Counted from the first letter of the stretch, positions 10,059-20,684 are shown. The stretch: 64,000 nucleotides of DNA from Patescibacteria group bacterium (GCA_052034495.1 JBPOIL010000003.1:18345-82344); one strand, 5' to 3'. Numbers and translations: made by a program. The notes: generated by a model not told the origin, from the letters alone.

Positions 10059-10976
10059 TTATTCCCAGCGATATGTGGCGTAGGCAGTGTTTAGGAGCGT
10101 TCTGGTCTGGCCAAAACGATCATTGCTGCCGAGCATCACGCCTATTATCTCACGTCCGTCGCGTCGTGTCAGGCTTAGCAAGCATTGCCCAGCTTCTAGC
10201 GTGTAGCCAGTCTTGGTCCCAATCACGCCATTTCGGCCAAGCAATTGGTTAGTAGTGGCAAGATTATAGGTCTTTCCGGCGAGTGTTTTTACTGCCACTC
10301 TGGGCTGACTGGTGGCCTGGCGGAAGAAGTTGCTACGGAGCGCGATGGTAGCGAGGACTGTTAGATCCTGGGCAGTTGAATACGAACCTTGCTGACTAAG
10401 GCCGGTGGCATCGGTATAGCGCGTGTCTTTTAGGCCCCACTGAAGGGCTTGGTCGTTCATTTTATCTACAAAGGCCTGTTCGCTGCCGCTATCCCAAATA
10501 GCTAGCGCTACGGCCATGTCGTTAGCCGAGTATGTAAGCATGGCGGTCATAGCCTCTGAGAGGGTGAACTGCTCACCTGGCTGGACGTTCATGACCTGAC
10601 TGCCTGGGGGTTGCTGCGGCAGTGCGGGGATAGTTATCGTCTCGTCTAGACTGTGGTTCTGTAGTAATACCACGGCCGCCATGACCTTGGTGATTGATGC
10701 AATAGGCAGTCGGCTCGAAGTGTTCTTTTCGTAGAGTACCTTGGTGGAGTCAACGTCATAGAGCATGGCGGCTTTGTTGTCTTGCGACAGCGCAATTGTA
10801 CTATCTGCTACTGGTATCGCAGCGTAGGTGGCACCCAGGCTTTTTGTGCGTGGCGCCACGGTTTCTCTGGTCTCGGCAGCTCTTTGATTAACCGTGCTGT
10901 ACGCAGCATCAAGCGTTGCCGAAGCCGGCATTGCACCTTGTAAGGCGACTAGGAGCGCAGCGACGAGACTAAGCAT
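10059..10976 (-). CDS. D-alanyl-D-alanine carboxypeptidase (peptidase S11)
   Basis: ASITK, SAN, KTG motifs; likely start ATG 10976 with signal peptide. Confidence 0.9.
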   Translation of the reverse strand: MLSLVAALLVALQGAMPASATLDAAYSTVNQRAAETRETVAPRTKSLGATYAAIPVADSTIALSQDNKAAMLYDVDSTKVLYEKNTSSRLPIASITKVMAAVVLLQNHSLDETITIPALPQQPPGSQVMNVQPGEQFTLSEAMTAMLTYSANDMAVALAIWDSGSEQAFVDKMNDQALQWGLKDTRYTDATGLSQQGSYSTAQDLTVLATIALRSNFFRQATSQPRVAVKTLAGKTYNLATTNQLLGRNGVIGTKTGYTLEAGQCLLSLTRRDGREIIGVMLGSNDRFGQTRTLLNTAYATYRWE

Positions 10977-11661
10977 CCACAATCTCACTTGGCTTAATAA
11001 AGCGGTGAGCACCCGATTTGAGTACCCCAAGATCTAATCGGCCAATCTTGGTACGCTCAAGCATTTTTACTTTATACCCGAGGGCCTCAAACGTTCGGCG
11101 GATCTGTCGGTTGCGGCCTTCACTTAGAGTCACCCGGAGTAGTTGCGGCTTAATGCGCGATACGCTTTCGAACTTGCTTATCCCGTCATAGAGCTTGATT
11201 CCTTCGAGGAGTTTTGCTTGATCAGACTGCTGAATGGCCTTATCTACAAATACCATGTAAGTTTTTAGCTTACCTTGCGACGGGTGTGATATGGCTTGAA
11301 TAAACGCACCATCGGATGACAGCACCATGAGCCCTTGACTTTCTTTATCGAGTCGACCAGCGATTTTTAAGCCGGCAAAGCTAAGCGGCAGAAGATCAAA
11401 GATCGTCTTTTGGCGATCTGTTTGCGTCCGGTGTGTACACACATAGCCCACCGGCTTATTGAATGCCAAGTATACGTTCTCGCGCTTTTGCCCGGATCGG
11501 CCGAAGAGTGTAATGACGTCCTCGGCTCCCACCTGTGTTGCTAGCTTCGTGGTTACCGTACCATTAACACTTACTGCCCCTTGGGTAATCAGTTCGTCAG
11601 CCTTGCGCCTAGATGAAACCAGGCCTAGTTCTACAAGCTGTTTGTTGAGTCGAGTACTCAT
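10969..11661 (-). CDS. rluB: RsuA/RluB-family rRNA pseudouridine synthase
   Basis: S4 domain SRRKADELI, NKPVG, GRLDKESQGL, EGRNRQIRR; next to scpAB. Confidence 0.85.
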   Translation of the reverse strand: MSTRLNKQLVELGLVSSRRKADELITQGAVSVNGTVTTKLATQVGAEDVITLFGRSGQKRENVYLAFNKPVGYVCTHRTQTDRQKTIFDLLPLSFAGLKIAGRLDKESQGLMVLSSDGAFIQAISHPSQGKLKTYMVFVDKAIQQSDQAKLLEGIKLYDGISKFESVSRIKPQLLRVTLSEGRNRQIRRTFEALGYKVKMLERTKIGRLDLGVLKSGAHRFIKPSEIVDA

Positions 11662-12143
11662 TGTTTGAGCTCCTTTAAATCTTTTACACCTGCTTGGAGC
11701 AGGAAGTCTTTGGTTGTTTCGTAGTAAGTTAGCTTAATTGGGTCATTTGGCTTGGTAATGCTACGCACAAGCCCAAGTGAGGCTAAGTTGCGAAGTGTTT
11801 GGTCGCTACTTACGCCGCGTATGTCATCGATATCTTGCTTGGTGCACGGTCCTGAATGGGCGACGATTGCTAGCACCTCAAGCATAGGCTGGCTTAATTG
11901 TTGTTTCTGTTCTGGCAGAAAGCCTTCTACCTCTGCGGAGACCGCGCTGTCCACCACTAGGGCGTAGACGTCCTTGTGCGAAAACACGGATACACCGCTA
12001 TCTTTGAGCCATGCCTCTAGTTTTGCTACTTCGGACTTGGTCGCCTCGCTATCTAGGTGCAGAAAGTCTGATAGCTCACTGAGCTTTACGCCGCTTGGCT
12101 GGGCGAATAATAGGGCGTGCAGTTTGGCCGTAGTTGGGTTCAT
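11658..12143 (-). CDS. scpB: SMC-Scp complex subunit ScpB
   Basis: LEVLAIVAH, IDDIRGV, YETTKDFL. Confidence 0.9.
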   Translation of the reverse strand: MNPTTAKLHALLFAQPSGVKLSELSDFLHLDSEATKSEVAKLEAWLKDSGVSVFSHKDVYALVVDSAVSAEVEGFLPEQKQQLSQPMLEVLAIVAHSGPCTKQDIDDIRGVSSDQTLRNLASLGLVRSITKPNDPIKLTYYETTKDFLLQAGVKDLKELKQ

Positions 12144-12841
12144 GCGCTTGCCCCAGGGTAAATCATAAGTACCTTATCTGATGAATATTCAATTCGGGCA
12201 CGGTTAACTTTTGCTAGTTCTAAAATGGCTAAAAAGCTTAGTACCGCTTCGTGCTGGTTTTTACTCACCGCAATAAGCCGATCGAGCGAGAGTTGCCTGG
12301 CTTCTTGAAGTTGGTTAACGACCTGGCGCAGCACAGCGTCGAGCGACAACGGCTTTGTGCGGACGGTATGCCGTGCGGAGTTCTTCTGAGATTTGCGTTC
12401 ATTGACGTGTTCCCAGGCACTTCTGATCAAGCTTTTTGAAATGTCAAAGCCCTGTTTGCTACCGGCCCGCAGTTTAACACGTTTTGGCGGTCGGAGTAGG
12501 AATGGCGTGCGGGTGCGTTCTGCTAGTGCTGCAGCGAGGCCTCGATAATGCTGATAGCGCTCTAATCGACCTGCCAAGTCTTCTTCATTCGCATCTTCCT
12601 CTGCTGCCTGTGCTACCGGTAATACACGCCGACTTTTGGTCAGCAATAGCTGAGTCGCAATTGCAAGGAAGTGATTGACCTCATCTGGCTCCAGCTCTAT
12701 CGATCGAATATGCACAATGTAGCTTTGCGTGACTTGGCTTACTGCTACGTCGCGTATATCGAGCTTTTCACGCTCCACTAACTGGAGTAATAGATCGAGC
12801 GGCCCCTCGAAATTTTCTAGAAGTACCGTGTAATCTTGCAT
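12140..12841 (-). CDS. scpA: Segregation and condensation protein A
   Basis: FEGPLDLLLQL, FLAILELAK. Confidence 0.93.
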   Translation of the reverse strand: MQDYTVLLENFEGPLDLLLQLVEREKLDIRDVAVSQVTQSYIVHIRSIELEPDEVNHFLAIATQLLLTKSRRVLPVAQAAEEDANEEDLAGRLERYQHYRGLAAALAERTRTPFLLRPPKRVKLRAGSKQGFDISKSLIRSAWEHVNERKSQKNSARHTVRTKPLSLDAVLRQVVNQLQEARQLSLDRLIAVSKNQHEAVLSFLAILELAKVNRARIEYSSDKVLMIYPGASA

Positions 12842-12858
12842 GTCCGCCCTACTCCAGC

Positions 12859-14259
12859 TTACGTTTTCTGTGGTCGTGATTGGATGCCTAGTTCACGCAG
12901 TTGTTCGGGGTTTGGTCCTGCCGGAGCCCCGAGCATCAAGTCTCGCATGTCTCCAGTCTTTGGGAAGGCAATAACATCTCGAATGGAAGATTCCTTCATC
13001 AGTACCATAATCAATCGGTCGAGTCCTGGAGCAAAACCTCCGTGTGGCGGAGCGCCGTAGGTAAAGGCTTTCATGAATGCACCAAAGCGCTCGTTCGTTT
13101 CGTCTTCACTCAGCCCCATCAGGCCAAAGACTTTGCGCTGCAATGCTGGGTCGTGGATACGCAGACTGCCAGATGAAATTTCGAAGCCATTGAGCACCAG
13201 GTCGTAGCAGTAAGCACGGACCTTGAGCCAGTCCTCAGGATTATCACTTTCAAGTAAGTGCAGGTCTTCATCTCGCGGGCGCGCAAATGGGTTATGGGCA
13301 AAGGTGATCTTGCCGGTGCTATCGCGTTCGAACATCGGGAAGTCAGTAATCCAAGCAAACGCTAGTTCGTCATCGTCTTTTTTGTCTTTGCGCAGGTCGG
13401 GCTTGTCGCTCTGGTACTTGGCCATTGCTTCGTCGTAAGTTAGGCGTTGGAAGCTTTCCGGAATCTTCTTGTCAGGCAACAGTTCGCTAATGACCTCGCG
13501 GAACATGTTCTCGTTTAGCTCCAGTATGTCCTCTTGGTCTACAAAGCTCATTTCCATATCTAGCTGGGTAAATTCTGGCTGGCGGTCTTGGCGTAAGTCT
13601 TCATCGCGGAAACATCGAGCAATTTGGTAGTAGCGCTCATAACCGGCAACCATGAGGAGCTGTTTAAACTGCTGCGGAGCTTGCGGCAGAGCATAAAAGT
13701 TCCCCTGGCTGAGTCGTGAGGGCACGATGAAGTCGCGAGCTCCTTCAGGGCTGCTTTTGGCTAGGATTGGTGTTTCAATTTCTATAAAGCCACGTGAATC
13801 CAGGTAGTCACGCAAAGCCTTTATAAAACGATGGCGGAATTTGATGTTGCGCTGCATGCGCTCGCTACGCAGGTCAAGATAGCGGTACTGCATACGGACT
13901 TCTTCGCCAGCCGGAGCATGTGTATCGTGGATCTCGAACGGCGGCGTTTGGGCTTGGTTGATTACCGTAATTTTGTCGGCACCGAGCTCTATTGTGCCTG
14001 TTGCCATATCGGGATTGACCATTCGTTCGGGGCGTTGCTTGACTAAGCCTTCGATCTGCACGACCGACTCGGGCTTAATGCGCTCGGCTAAGTCGCCGTC
14101 AGAGTCACTAAACTGGTATACGACTTGTACGGTCGCGCTAACATCGCGCACGTCCAAAAAGATAAGCTTACCGTGGTCACGGCGTACGCTTACCCAACCT
14201 TTAATAACAACTTGTTGATCAACCGAGTCGACCAACTCGGCAATTCGAGTTCGTTTCAT
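12859..14259 (-). CDS. aspS: Aspartate--tRNA ligase (short form without GAD insertion)
   Basis: RRDHGKLIFLDVRD, YRYLDLR, PEGARDF, CFRDEDLRQDRQPEFTQLD, GAPPHGG. Confidence 0.96.
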   Translation of the reverse strand: MKRTRIAELVDSVDQQVVIKGWVSVRRDHGKLIFLDVRDVSATVQVVYQFSDSDGDLAERIKPESVVQIEGLVKQRPERMVNPDMATGTIELGADKITVINQAQTPPFEIHDTHAPAGEEVRMQYRYLDLRSERMQRNIKFRHRFIKALRDYLDSRGFIEIETPILAKSSPEGARDFIVPSRLSQGNFYALPQAPQQFKQLLMVAGYERYYQIARCFRDEDLRQDRQPEFTQLDMEMSFVDQEDILELNENMFREVISELLPDKKIPESFQRLTYDEAMAKYQSDKPDLRKDKKDDDELAFAWITDFPMFERDSTGKITFAHNPFARPRDEDLHLLESDNPEDWLKVRAYCYDLVLNGFEISSGSLRIHDPALQRKVFGLMGLSEDETNERFGAFMKAFTYGAPPHGGFAPGLDRLIMVLMKESSIRDVIAFPKTGDMRDLMLGAPAGPNPEQLRELGIQSRPQKT

Positions 14260-14311
14260 GATCTTATTATACCAATCTTATCTTCTGCTGCCCAGCAGGC
14301 AGGGCTTGCTA

Positions 14312-14779
14312 CTATTGCGGAGGCGCTGGAGGCACGACACCTGGCTGTGGGGCTGGGGCTGGTTGACCCGGGCCACCTACAATTGGTTTGCCAGCCGGAG
14401 CATTACCGCCGCCGTGCGCCAAGACTTCAGCTATGGTGCCAACTACTTCTTCTAGGGTTACTTGGGACTTCACTAGGTATCTGTCTACGCCAAGCTTTTC
14501 GCCTCGAGCATGATCTTCTGGAGAGCTCAGAGCCGTCATCATAATCACCTTTACTGCAGCAGTTTCTGGTGTGGAGCGAATAATGTCGAGTACGTCAAAG
14601 CCAGATATGCGGGGCATCATTACGTCGAGCAATACGAGGTCTGGCATTTCCTTCACAGCCATAGCGAGCGCTTCCTCGCCATTAGCAGCGGTTACAATTG
14701 TGTAGGCCTCTGCTTGCAGGCGTGCTGAATAAACATCCCTAAGCGCTACGTCATCTTCTACCAGTAATATTTTAGCCAC
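14312..14779 (-). CDS. Single-domain response regulator with Pro-rich tail
   Basis: ILLVEDD, DLVLLDVMMP, YLVK. Confidence 0.9.
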   Translation of the reverse strand: MAKILLVEDDVALRDVYSARLQAEAYTIVTAANGEEALAMAVKEMPDLVLLDVMMPRISGFDVLDIIRSTPETAAVKVIMMTALSSPEDHARGEKLGVDRYLVKSQVTLEEVVGTIAEVLAHGGGNAPAGKPIVGGPGQPAPAPQPGVVPPAPPQ

Positions 14780-16499
14780 GTTCGTTTTCCCTCTCTATAG
14801 TGCTATTGTAGTCTGCTCTAGCTGGCGAGGCAAGCTTCTTATCCTTGGCTAGAGGCATGCTAAACGAAAACGTACTGCCTCTGCCCGGCGTGCTGCGGAC
14901 CTGCATCTTGCCGCCGTAGTGCTCTACCAGATTGCGACTAATGTAGAGGCCGAGGCCGGTGCCGCCAATTTCGCGCGTCATAGTACTGTTAACTCTGTAG
15001 AACTTCTCGAACAAATGGCGTTGGTCTTCTGGGCTAATGCCAATCCCGGTGTCAGTCACGTGTACCGTGACTTTGTCTTCGCCGGTTTCAAGCCTTACCT
15101 CAACCCCTCCGTGCATGGTGTACTTTAGGCCGTTATCAATCAGGTTGCTGAGCACTTCTTGGATTCGATCCCGATCGGCCTCTACCATGGCTAGTGGTGC
15201 CACCGTCTTTATTCCGACCAAGTTGCTCGCGGTATTGTAGGTTAGTTTTAATTTCTTTTGCTCGGCCATCATGCTCAAGTTGTCGACTGTTTCTTTGGTC
15301 AATTCACTCAAGCTGAAGTCAGTAATGTGGTCGTTAAGCCTACGATCTTCCAGCTTAGTCACGCTGAGCAAGTCACGGAATAGTTTGCCTAAATGCAGCG
15401 CTGCCTGATGGGCTTTTTCTATGTAGTCCTTGGCCCTTGAGTCTACTTGGGCAAGCTTTGGATTAGTGGCCATAGATAGATAGCCCTCCACGGCCGCTAC
15501 GGGTGTACGCATTTCGTGCGAGGCTGTGGATACAAATTCGTTACGCTCGCGCTGTAGGGCCTTCTGCTCGCTAATGTCATGCATGATGCCAATCGCGCCA
15601 TTTATGTTGCCGTTCCCGTCCATCGTTGGGGCTATAGCGATCGAAAACTCAATCTTCTGTTCATTGCCGTCGAGCATATAGTAGTCATTAACGCTCGTTT
15701 TCTTGTTGGCCTCAAAGGCCTTCAGGAACGGATCATTCTTACTGGTAACCTCTTTGTCTTTGCCATCTTTGAGTTGGAATACGTTGTTGTAGTAGATGCC
15801 AAGTGCGCTGTGTTTATCCCAGCCAGTGAGCTCTTCGGCGGCCTTGTTAAAGACTACAATTTGTAAGCTTTGGTTCACGCCTACGACGGCGTCGGCAATC
15901 TCTTCCATCATGAGCTCGGTCTTGTTCTGCTCACCTTCTAATTGTCCACTTAGGTTTTCGGCCTTTTCACGGTTACGGGTAACTTGTTCGGCTTGTTGCG
16001 CGATCACATAAGCCACCGACATAGCTAGCAGTGTCGCGACTAGCTCGGGCCAATCACCCACGTAGTTCTTGCCGCTGGCGAAGCTAATTCCGCCAAGGAG
16101 CAGATAGTAGGCTATGCCTACGCTGATCGTTATGTCTACCGCCATGATCCCCGATATACCACTCGCCATCATGAGTACGAGCCAGAACAAGTAGTAGCCA
16201 GATTCAATGCCGCCTTCTAGGTAGGCCATAATGAGAATACTGATGGCAAGCGGGGCTACCAGCAGGAGCAAGGCAATTTCTGGCTTCTTGTTGCTCATTT
16301 TTTTGAGGCCCAAGAGCGCGTACATGAGTCCCAAGATGTAGAGCGGGGCAATTACGAAGCTAATAATGAGCTGGTGATCTGGCAGGAGCCCAAAGGCGCT
16401 TCCAACGGCAATAGCCAACAATGCCCCCGCTTGAACACCGGCAGCTCCATAGCTCACCAAGCGTTCATATTTTGATAACGAATTTGTTATCTCTGCCAC
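14772..16499 (-). CDS. Membrane PAS-domain sensor histidine kinase
   Basis: N-terminal TM helices, PAS, ASHEMRTP, NLIDNGLKY, DTGIGI, GGTGLGL. Confidence 0.93.
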   Translation of the reverse strand: MAEITNSLSKYERLVSYGAAGVQAGALLAIAVGSAFGLLPDHQLIISFVIAPLYILGLMYALLGLKKMSNKKPEIALLLLVAPLAISILIMAYLEGGIESGYYLFWLVLMMASGISGIMAVDITISVGIAYYLLLGGISFASGKNYVGDWPELVATLLAMSVAYVIAQQAEQVTRNREKAENLSGQLEGEQNKTELMMEEIADAVVGVNQSLQIVVFNKAAEELTGWDKHSALGIYYNNVFQLKDGKDKEVTSKNDPFLKAFEANKKTSVNDYYMLDGNEQKIEFSIAIAPTMDGNGNINGAIGIMHDISEQKALQRERNEFVSTASHEMRTPVAAVEGYLSMATNPKLAQVDSRAKDYIEKAHQAALHLGKLFRDLLSVTKLEDRRLNDHITDFSLSELTKETVDNLSMMAEQKKLKLTYNTASNLVGIKTVAPLAMVEADRDRIQEVLSNLIDNGLKYTMHGGVEVRLETGEDKVTVHVTDTGIGISPEDQRHLFEKFYRVNSTMTREIGGTGLGLYISRNLVEHYGGKMQVRSTPGRGSTFSFSMPLAKDKKLASPARADYNSTIERENERG

Positions 16500-16560
16500 C
16501 CAGGTTTCCTATCTACATAATTAACTCAATTATAGCATAAGCGTTTGAACTTAGGCCTGA

Positions 16561-17178
16561 CTAGGCATTGTGTTGTTCAATGGTGAAAACATGAGCTTGG
16601 TCGGCGTGAGATTCTGGTGAGAGCAGAAGTAGCTCGGAGTTGCCAAAGTGGAACTGCTGCAGGACTTGCTTCCAGTCGAGATTATAGTATGAAGCATATA
16701 TCATCTTTCCGAAGTCGCCGTGCGTTACGAGTAATATAGGGCCGTCATTATGCATGCTTTTAAGCTCAGCAAGGTACTTGTGTGCTCGATCGAGTAAGTC
16801 TGGAAAGGTTTCGGCTCCTTCGGGTTCCAGGAAGTATGTTATGAGTTCGGCTTTGAGTATTTTTGGAGCACAGAGCTCCTCTACTCTACTTGCCTCCACT
16901 CCGGTCATTATCCCGAAGTCTCGCTCTATAAGTAATGGCTCGACGACTGGTTTCGGACCATGAATAGCATCACAAATAATTTCAGCAGTTTGTTTGGCTC
17001 TAGAAAGTGGCGAGGTATAGATCCGGTCAAAGCTTAGCTTGGCGTTTTTTATCTCACCAGCAACTTCCTCGGCTTGCTCTACTCCCTTTTGGGTAAGAGG
17101 TTCGTCGCGGTGGCCATTCAGTATGCCATTGGCGTTATCTACGTTCTGCCCATGGCGGGCTATGTATATCTTTAGCAT
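16561..17178 (-). CDS. Histidine phosphatase family protein
   Basis: RHGQ, SPLSRAKQTA, VTHG; leaderless start ATG 17178. Confidence 0.9.
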   Translation of the reverse strand: MLKIYIARHGQNVDNANGILNGHRDEPLTQKGVEQAEEVAGEIKNAKLSFDRIYTSPLSRAKQTAEIICDAIHGPKPVVEPLLIERDFGIMTGVEASRVEELCAPKILKAELITYFLEPEGAETFPDLLDRAHKYLAELKSMHNDGPILLVTHGDFGKMIYASYYNLDWKQVLQQFHFGNSELLLLSPESHADQAHVFTIEQHNA

Positions 17179-17210
17179 CCACTCATTATAGCAAAACCTC
17201 AATAATGACT

Positions 17211-17254
17211 AAACGAAAGAAGCGACTCGCGAATCTTTCGATTCGTAAGTCGCC
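17211..17254 (-). terminator. Intrinsic terminator of 17301-17834 unit
   Basis: GGCGACTTACGAATC-GAAA-GATTCGCGAGTCGCT then TCTTTCGTTT. Confidence 0.75.
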
Positions 17255-17300
17255 TTAGTCATATGGGGTGGAGCCGTTGTGCTCCACCCCGCCCTTCGCG

Positions 17301-17543
17301 CTAGTGAAACGCGGGACCCAGGTCTTCACCTGTGGCGTTGTCGATGATGTGCGGGGCAACGTTGGCCGTCCCGAACACCGCACCGCAGCAGTTGCAGCCG
17401 TAGGCGGCTGGGGAGTCGTCCCAAAGGTCCTTGCCTCCGCATCGCTTGCATCGACCGGTGAAGTCCCCAACAGGCTCTCCTGCGGGGTTGTGTAGCTCCA
17501 TCAACCGAGCAAGCTCTCCATCATCCATGATCGGGTCACTCAC
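17301..17543 (-). CDS. Small Cys-rich (Zn-ribbon-like) orphan protein, GC-rich cassette
   Basis: CKRC...CNCC; SD GGAGG 6 nt before GTG. Confidence 0.65.
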   Translation of the reverse strand: MSDPIMDDGELARLMELHNPAGEPVGDFTGRCKRCGGKDLWDDSPAAYGCNCCGAVFGTANVAPHIIDNATGEDLGPAFH

Positions 17544-17570
17544 TTTGCACCTCCGTGCTTGTTCGAATGC

Positions 17571-17834
17571 CTAGGCCCACTCTTCGAAGTCTGCCAGACT
17601 GCGAATCGGCGTCGCGTCTGTCGTCAGGCTTGCCTCCCGAAAGCCGAGGCCGCTGTATGCCCCGACCAGGTAGAACTCGTCCGAATCATCGTCGTGCACC
17701 AGCAGGATGCCGTCGACGGTGATTGCCGTCTGCGAGCAGAGCTGAAAAGCTTGGCTTGCCCTCTCTCCAAAGAGGCTTGCAGCCTTCTCGGTTGTCGCAC
17801 GAAGGTCATCTTGGCTTACTCTTGGGTACTTCAC
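17571..17834 (-). CDS. Orphan protein, GC-rich cassette
   Basis: SD GGAGG before GTG 17834; promoter TTGACT-N17-CATAAT at 17871-17899. Confidence 0.6.
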   Translation of the reverse strand: MKYPRVSQDDLRATTEKAASLFGERASQAFQLCSQTAITVDGILLVHDDDSDEFYLVGAYSGLGFREASLTTDATPIRSLADFEEWA

Positions 17835-17949
17835 TTTGCCCCTCCCGGGCTCGTTGAATGGAACGACAATATTATGCATTGTTATATTCTATAAGTCAAT
17901 AGCCAACTCTACCCTGTCCCCAGGCACGAAACTAGGCTATACTAAGGTG

Positions 17950-18993
17950 ATGCAAAAAACTGAGCAAGGTCCACAAAAGGACCCTAATTTTAAGAAGCTG
18001 CCGATGACTGTGCTCACCGGCTTTTTAGGCGCGGGCAAAACCACGCTGCTCAACTACATCCTTACTAACAACCAAGGCCTTAACATCGGCGTGGTGGTAA
18101 ACGACTATGGCGACATTAACGTTGATTCCGACCTCATTGCCGACAAAACTGACGCTAAGCTGGAGCTCACCAACGGCTGCATTTGCTGCAGTTTAGAAAC
18201 GCTCGATTTGCAAGAAGCGATTGGTCAGTTTGCCTACCAAGGTAGCCCGATCGACTACATCATTATCGAAGCGAGTGGCTTAGCAGAGCCTAAGGACCTG
18301 GCCCTAACGCTCAAAGACACCATCGGCCAACGTGTGTACCTCGATAGCATCGTTACGGTGCTTGATGCCGAGAACTTAGAAAAGAACGCCCAAGAGCACG
18401 GTACGGCGAGCGAGCAGATCGAGTTCTGCGACTTTGTGATTATTAATAAGGTCGACTTGGTGCCAACAGCTAAGGTTAAGGACATCCGTTCGTTAATCGC
18501 CAGCATTAACCCTAAGGCCCGCATATTGGAAGCTACTAAGGGCGAAGTCGAGATCCACTTACTGCTCGACCAAGATGTATTTGCTAAGCGCGAGCCAAAG
18601 TCTGAAGATGACCACGAAGAGCACACAGATCACGCCGATCACGTGCATTCCCATTACCAAACGTTCAGTTTCACGAGCGACAAGCCACTCCACCCAATGA
18701 GGTTCCAAGAGTTTGTGAACAAGCAGATTCCAACGAGTATTTACCGCGCCAAAGGCTTCGTTGATTTGGGCACCAAGGGCCACGAGCGCAAATACATCTT
18801 CCAATTGGTTGGTACACGAGCCGAAATTACCTGGGGCAACTGGGGCGGCGACGCGCCACAAACACGCCTCGTATTCATTGGTCAGGATGCCGATCAAGCA
18901 AAGATCATGGACGCATTGCAGAAGTGCGTGGACGAAGCACCCGACGAGCCACTTGATGGCATCGAAGTTCAGCTGCCCAAGAAGGCCAGCTAA
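17950..18993 (+). CDS. CobW/COG0523 metal-binding GTPase
   Basis: TGFLGAGKTT, NGCICC, EASG, NKVD, His-rich linker, YRAKG. Confidence 0.93.
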   Translation: MQKTEQGPQKDPNFKKLPMTVLTGFLGAGKTTLLNYILTNNQGLNIGVVVNDYGDINVDSDLIADKTDAKLELTNGCICCSLETLDLQEAIGQFAYQGSPIDYIIIEASGLAEPKDLALTLKDTIGQRVYLDSIVTVLDAENLEKNAQEHGTASEQIEFCDFVIINKVDLVPTAKVKDIRSLIASINPKARILEATKGEVEIHLLLDQDVFAKREPKSEDDHEEHTDHADHVHSHYQTFSFTSDKPLHPMRFQEFVNKQIPTSIYRAKGFVDLGTKGHERKYIFQLVGTRAEITWGNWGGDAPQTRLVFIGQDADQAKIMDALQKCVDEAPDEPLDGIEVQLPKKAS

Positions 18994-19002
18994 GGTTAAT
19001 AT

Positions 19003-20664
19003 ATGTTATTAAGCCTCGACGTCGAATCCAAACACATGGGCAACAAGCAGTTGTTGGGCGAATGCAGCATTGCCGTTAATGAGCGCGAGCGCATTGCCCT
19101 CATCGGTCGCAATGGTGTTGGTAAGTCCACCCTATTCCACTTGCTCGACGAAAGCGACAACGAATTTATTGGCACCCGGAATGCCAAAAAGGGCCTGCGC
19201 CTCATCTCTACCCGCCAAGAGCACCACGACATCGATGGCGAATCAGCCGTATCATACATCCTCTCCGAGCTGCCGCACTATAGCGAGCTCAAGCACATTA
19301 TGGAAACTTACCCAGCCACCATGGGCGACGACATGGCCAAGATCGAAGAGTACTCCCATGCGCTCGAAAAGTTCGCCGAACTCAACTTTTATAGCGTCGA
19401 AGACAAAATCATTTCCGAACTCGAGCGTTACCAAATCTCTGCCGATCTAGCCAATGGCCCACTCGGGCACTTGTCCGGTGGCCAGAAGCGCTTTGTAGAG
19501 TTGGTTAAAATCACCGAGGCTGATGCCGACGTGGTGCTGATTGATGAGCCGACCAACCACATGGACTACGTGGCCAAAGAGCAGTTCATTCGCTGGCTCA
19601 AAAACTATGACCGTAGTGTAGTGCTTATCTCTCACGATCGCGACGTACTTAAGTATGTCGATAAAATCATCGAGCTTAAAGACAAGAAGCTCTTTACCTA
19701 CCCTGGCAACTACGATGCCTACTTGGCGCAGAACAGCACCTCCACCCTGACCGGCATTGATCAGTACGAGGTAGCTCAGCGCACCCTAGAGAAGCTGCAC
19801 GCCCAGATTGTTTCGGCCCGGGCTAAGAAGGCCTCGAGCTCAAAGAACCCCAACCCATTCGTTCCAATGGAACGCCGCCTTATGAAGCAGTACGCCGAGC
19901 TTAAGGCCAATGTAGAAAAGCCATCATTCTGGATCGATCAAGACTCGGTAAGTGATATGAGCGGTAAGCTAGCCGAAAAGTATGATCGCTATAAGACCAA
20001 GAATATTTCGCTCGAAAGCGGTAAGGCCGACGCCAAGCAGGCCGAACTAACGCGTTTGCTCGACGTCCAGAACGTTTCGCTCGGCTACAGCGACCCACTA
20101 TTTAAAGATATTACCTTTTTAATGGGCTCGGGCGAGCGTGTGCAGATCCGTGGCCGTAACGGAGCTGGTAAATCTACCCTGCTAAAAACCATTATTGCCA
20201 CTACCCGGGGCGAAAAGCTCCCCGCCACCAGTTACGACGGTTTTATTGAATCCGACCATCGCTTGCGCCTTGGCGTGTACGAGCAGGAGATCGAAGCCGA
20301 GTATATGGAGGTGCCGCTGGGCGATGCTGTACTGCAGGTATACCACAAGTTGGGCATCGAAATTAACCACGAAAAGGTCGCGCGGATACTAAGCCAATAC
20401 TTGTTCCACCCCACGGGCGATGCCCGGCTCATGATCAATCAGCTGTCTGGTGGGCAAAAAGCTCGCTTCCAGTTGATCCGCATGTTCGCGCACGAACCAA
20501 ACATATTGATCCTCGATGAGCCGACCAACCATTTAGATCTCCCTTCTATCGAAGAGCTCGAGAAGTACTTAGTTAATTATCACGGCGCTATTTTATACGT
20601 ATCGCACGATAGCTACTTTACAGACAAGCTCGGTGGCAAAACGATTCAAATCGGCCGCGACTAG
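19003..20664 (+). CDS. ABC-F family ATPase
   Basis: Two ABC domains (GRNGVGKS/LSGGQ/DEPTNH; GRNGAGKS/LSGGQ/DEPTNH), no TM. Confidence 0.92.
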   Translation: MLLSLDVESKHMGNKQLLGECSIAVNERERIALIGRNGVGKSTLFHLLDESDNEFIGTRNAKKGLRLISTRQEHHDIDGESAVSYILSELPHYSELKHIMETYPATMGDDMAKIEEYSHALEKFAELNFYSVEDKIISELERYQISADLANGPLGHLSGGQKRFVELVKITEADADVVLIDEPTNHMDYVAKEQFIRWLKNYDRSVVLISHDRDVLKYVDKIIELKDKKLFTYPGNYDAYLAQNSTSTLTGIDQYEVAQRTLEKLHAQIVSARAKKASSSKNPNPFVPMERRLMKQYAELKANVEKPSFWIDQDSVSDMSGKLAEKYDRYKTKNISLESGKADAKQAELTRLLDVQNVSLGYSDPLFKDITFLMGSGERVQIRGRNGAGKSTLLKTIIATTRGEKLPATSYDGFIESDHRLRLGVYEQEIEAEYMEVPLGDAVLQVYHKLGIEINHEKVARILSQYLFHPTGDARLMINQLSGGQKARFQLIRMFAHEPNILILDEPTNHLDLPSIEELEKYLVNYHGAILYVSHDSYFTDKLGGKTIQIGRD

Positions 20665-20684
20665 AAGAGATAATTACTGTGCTG

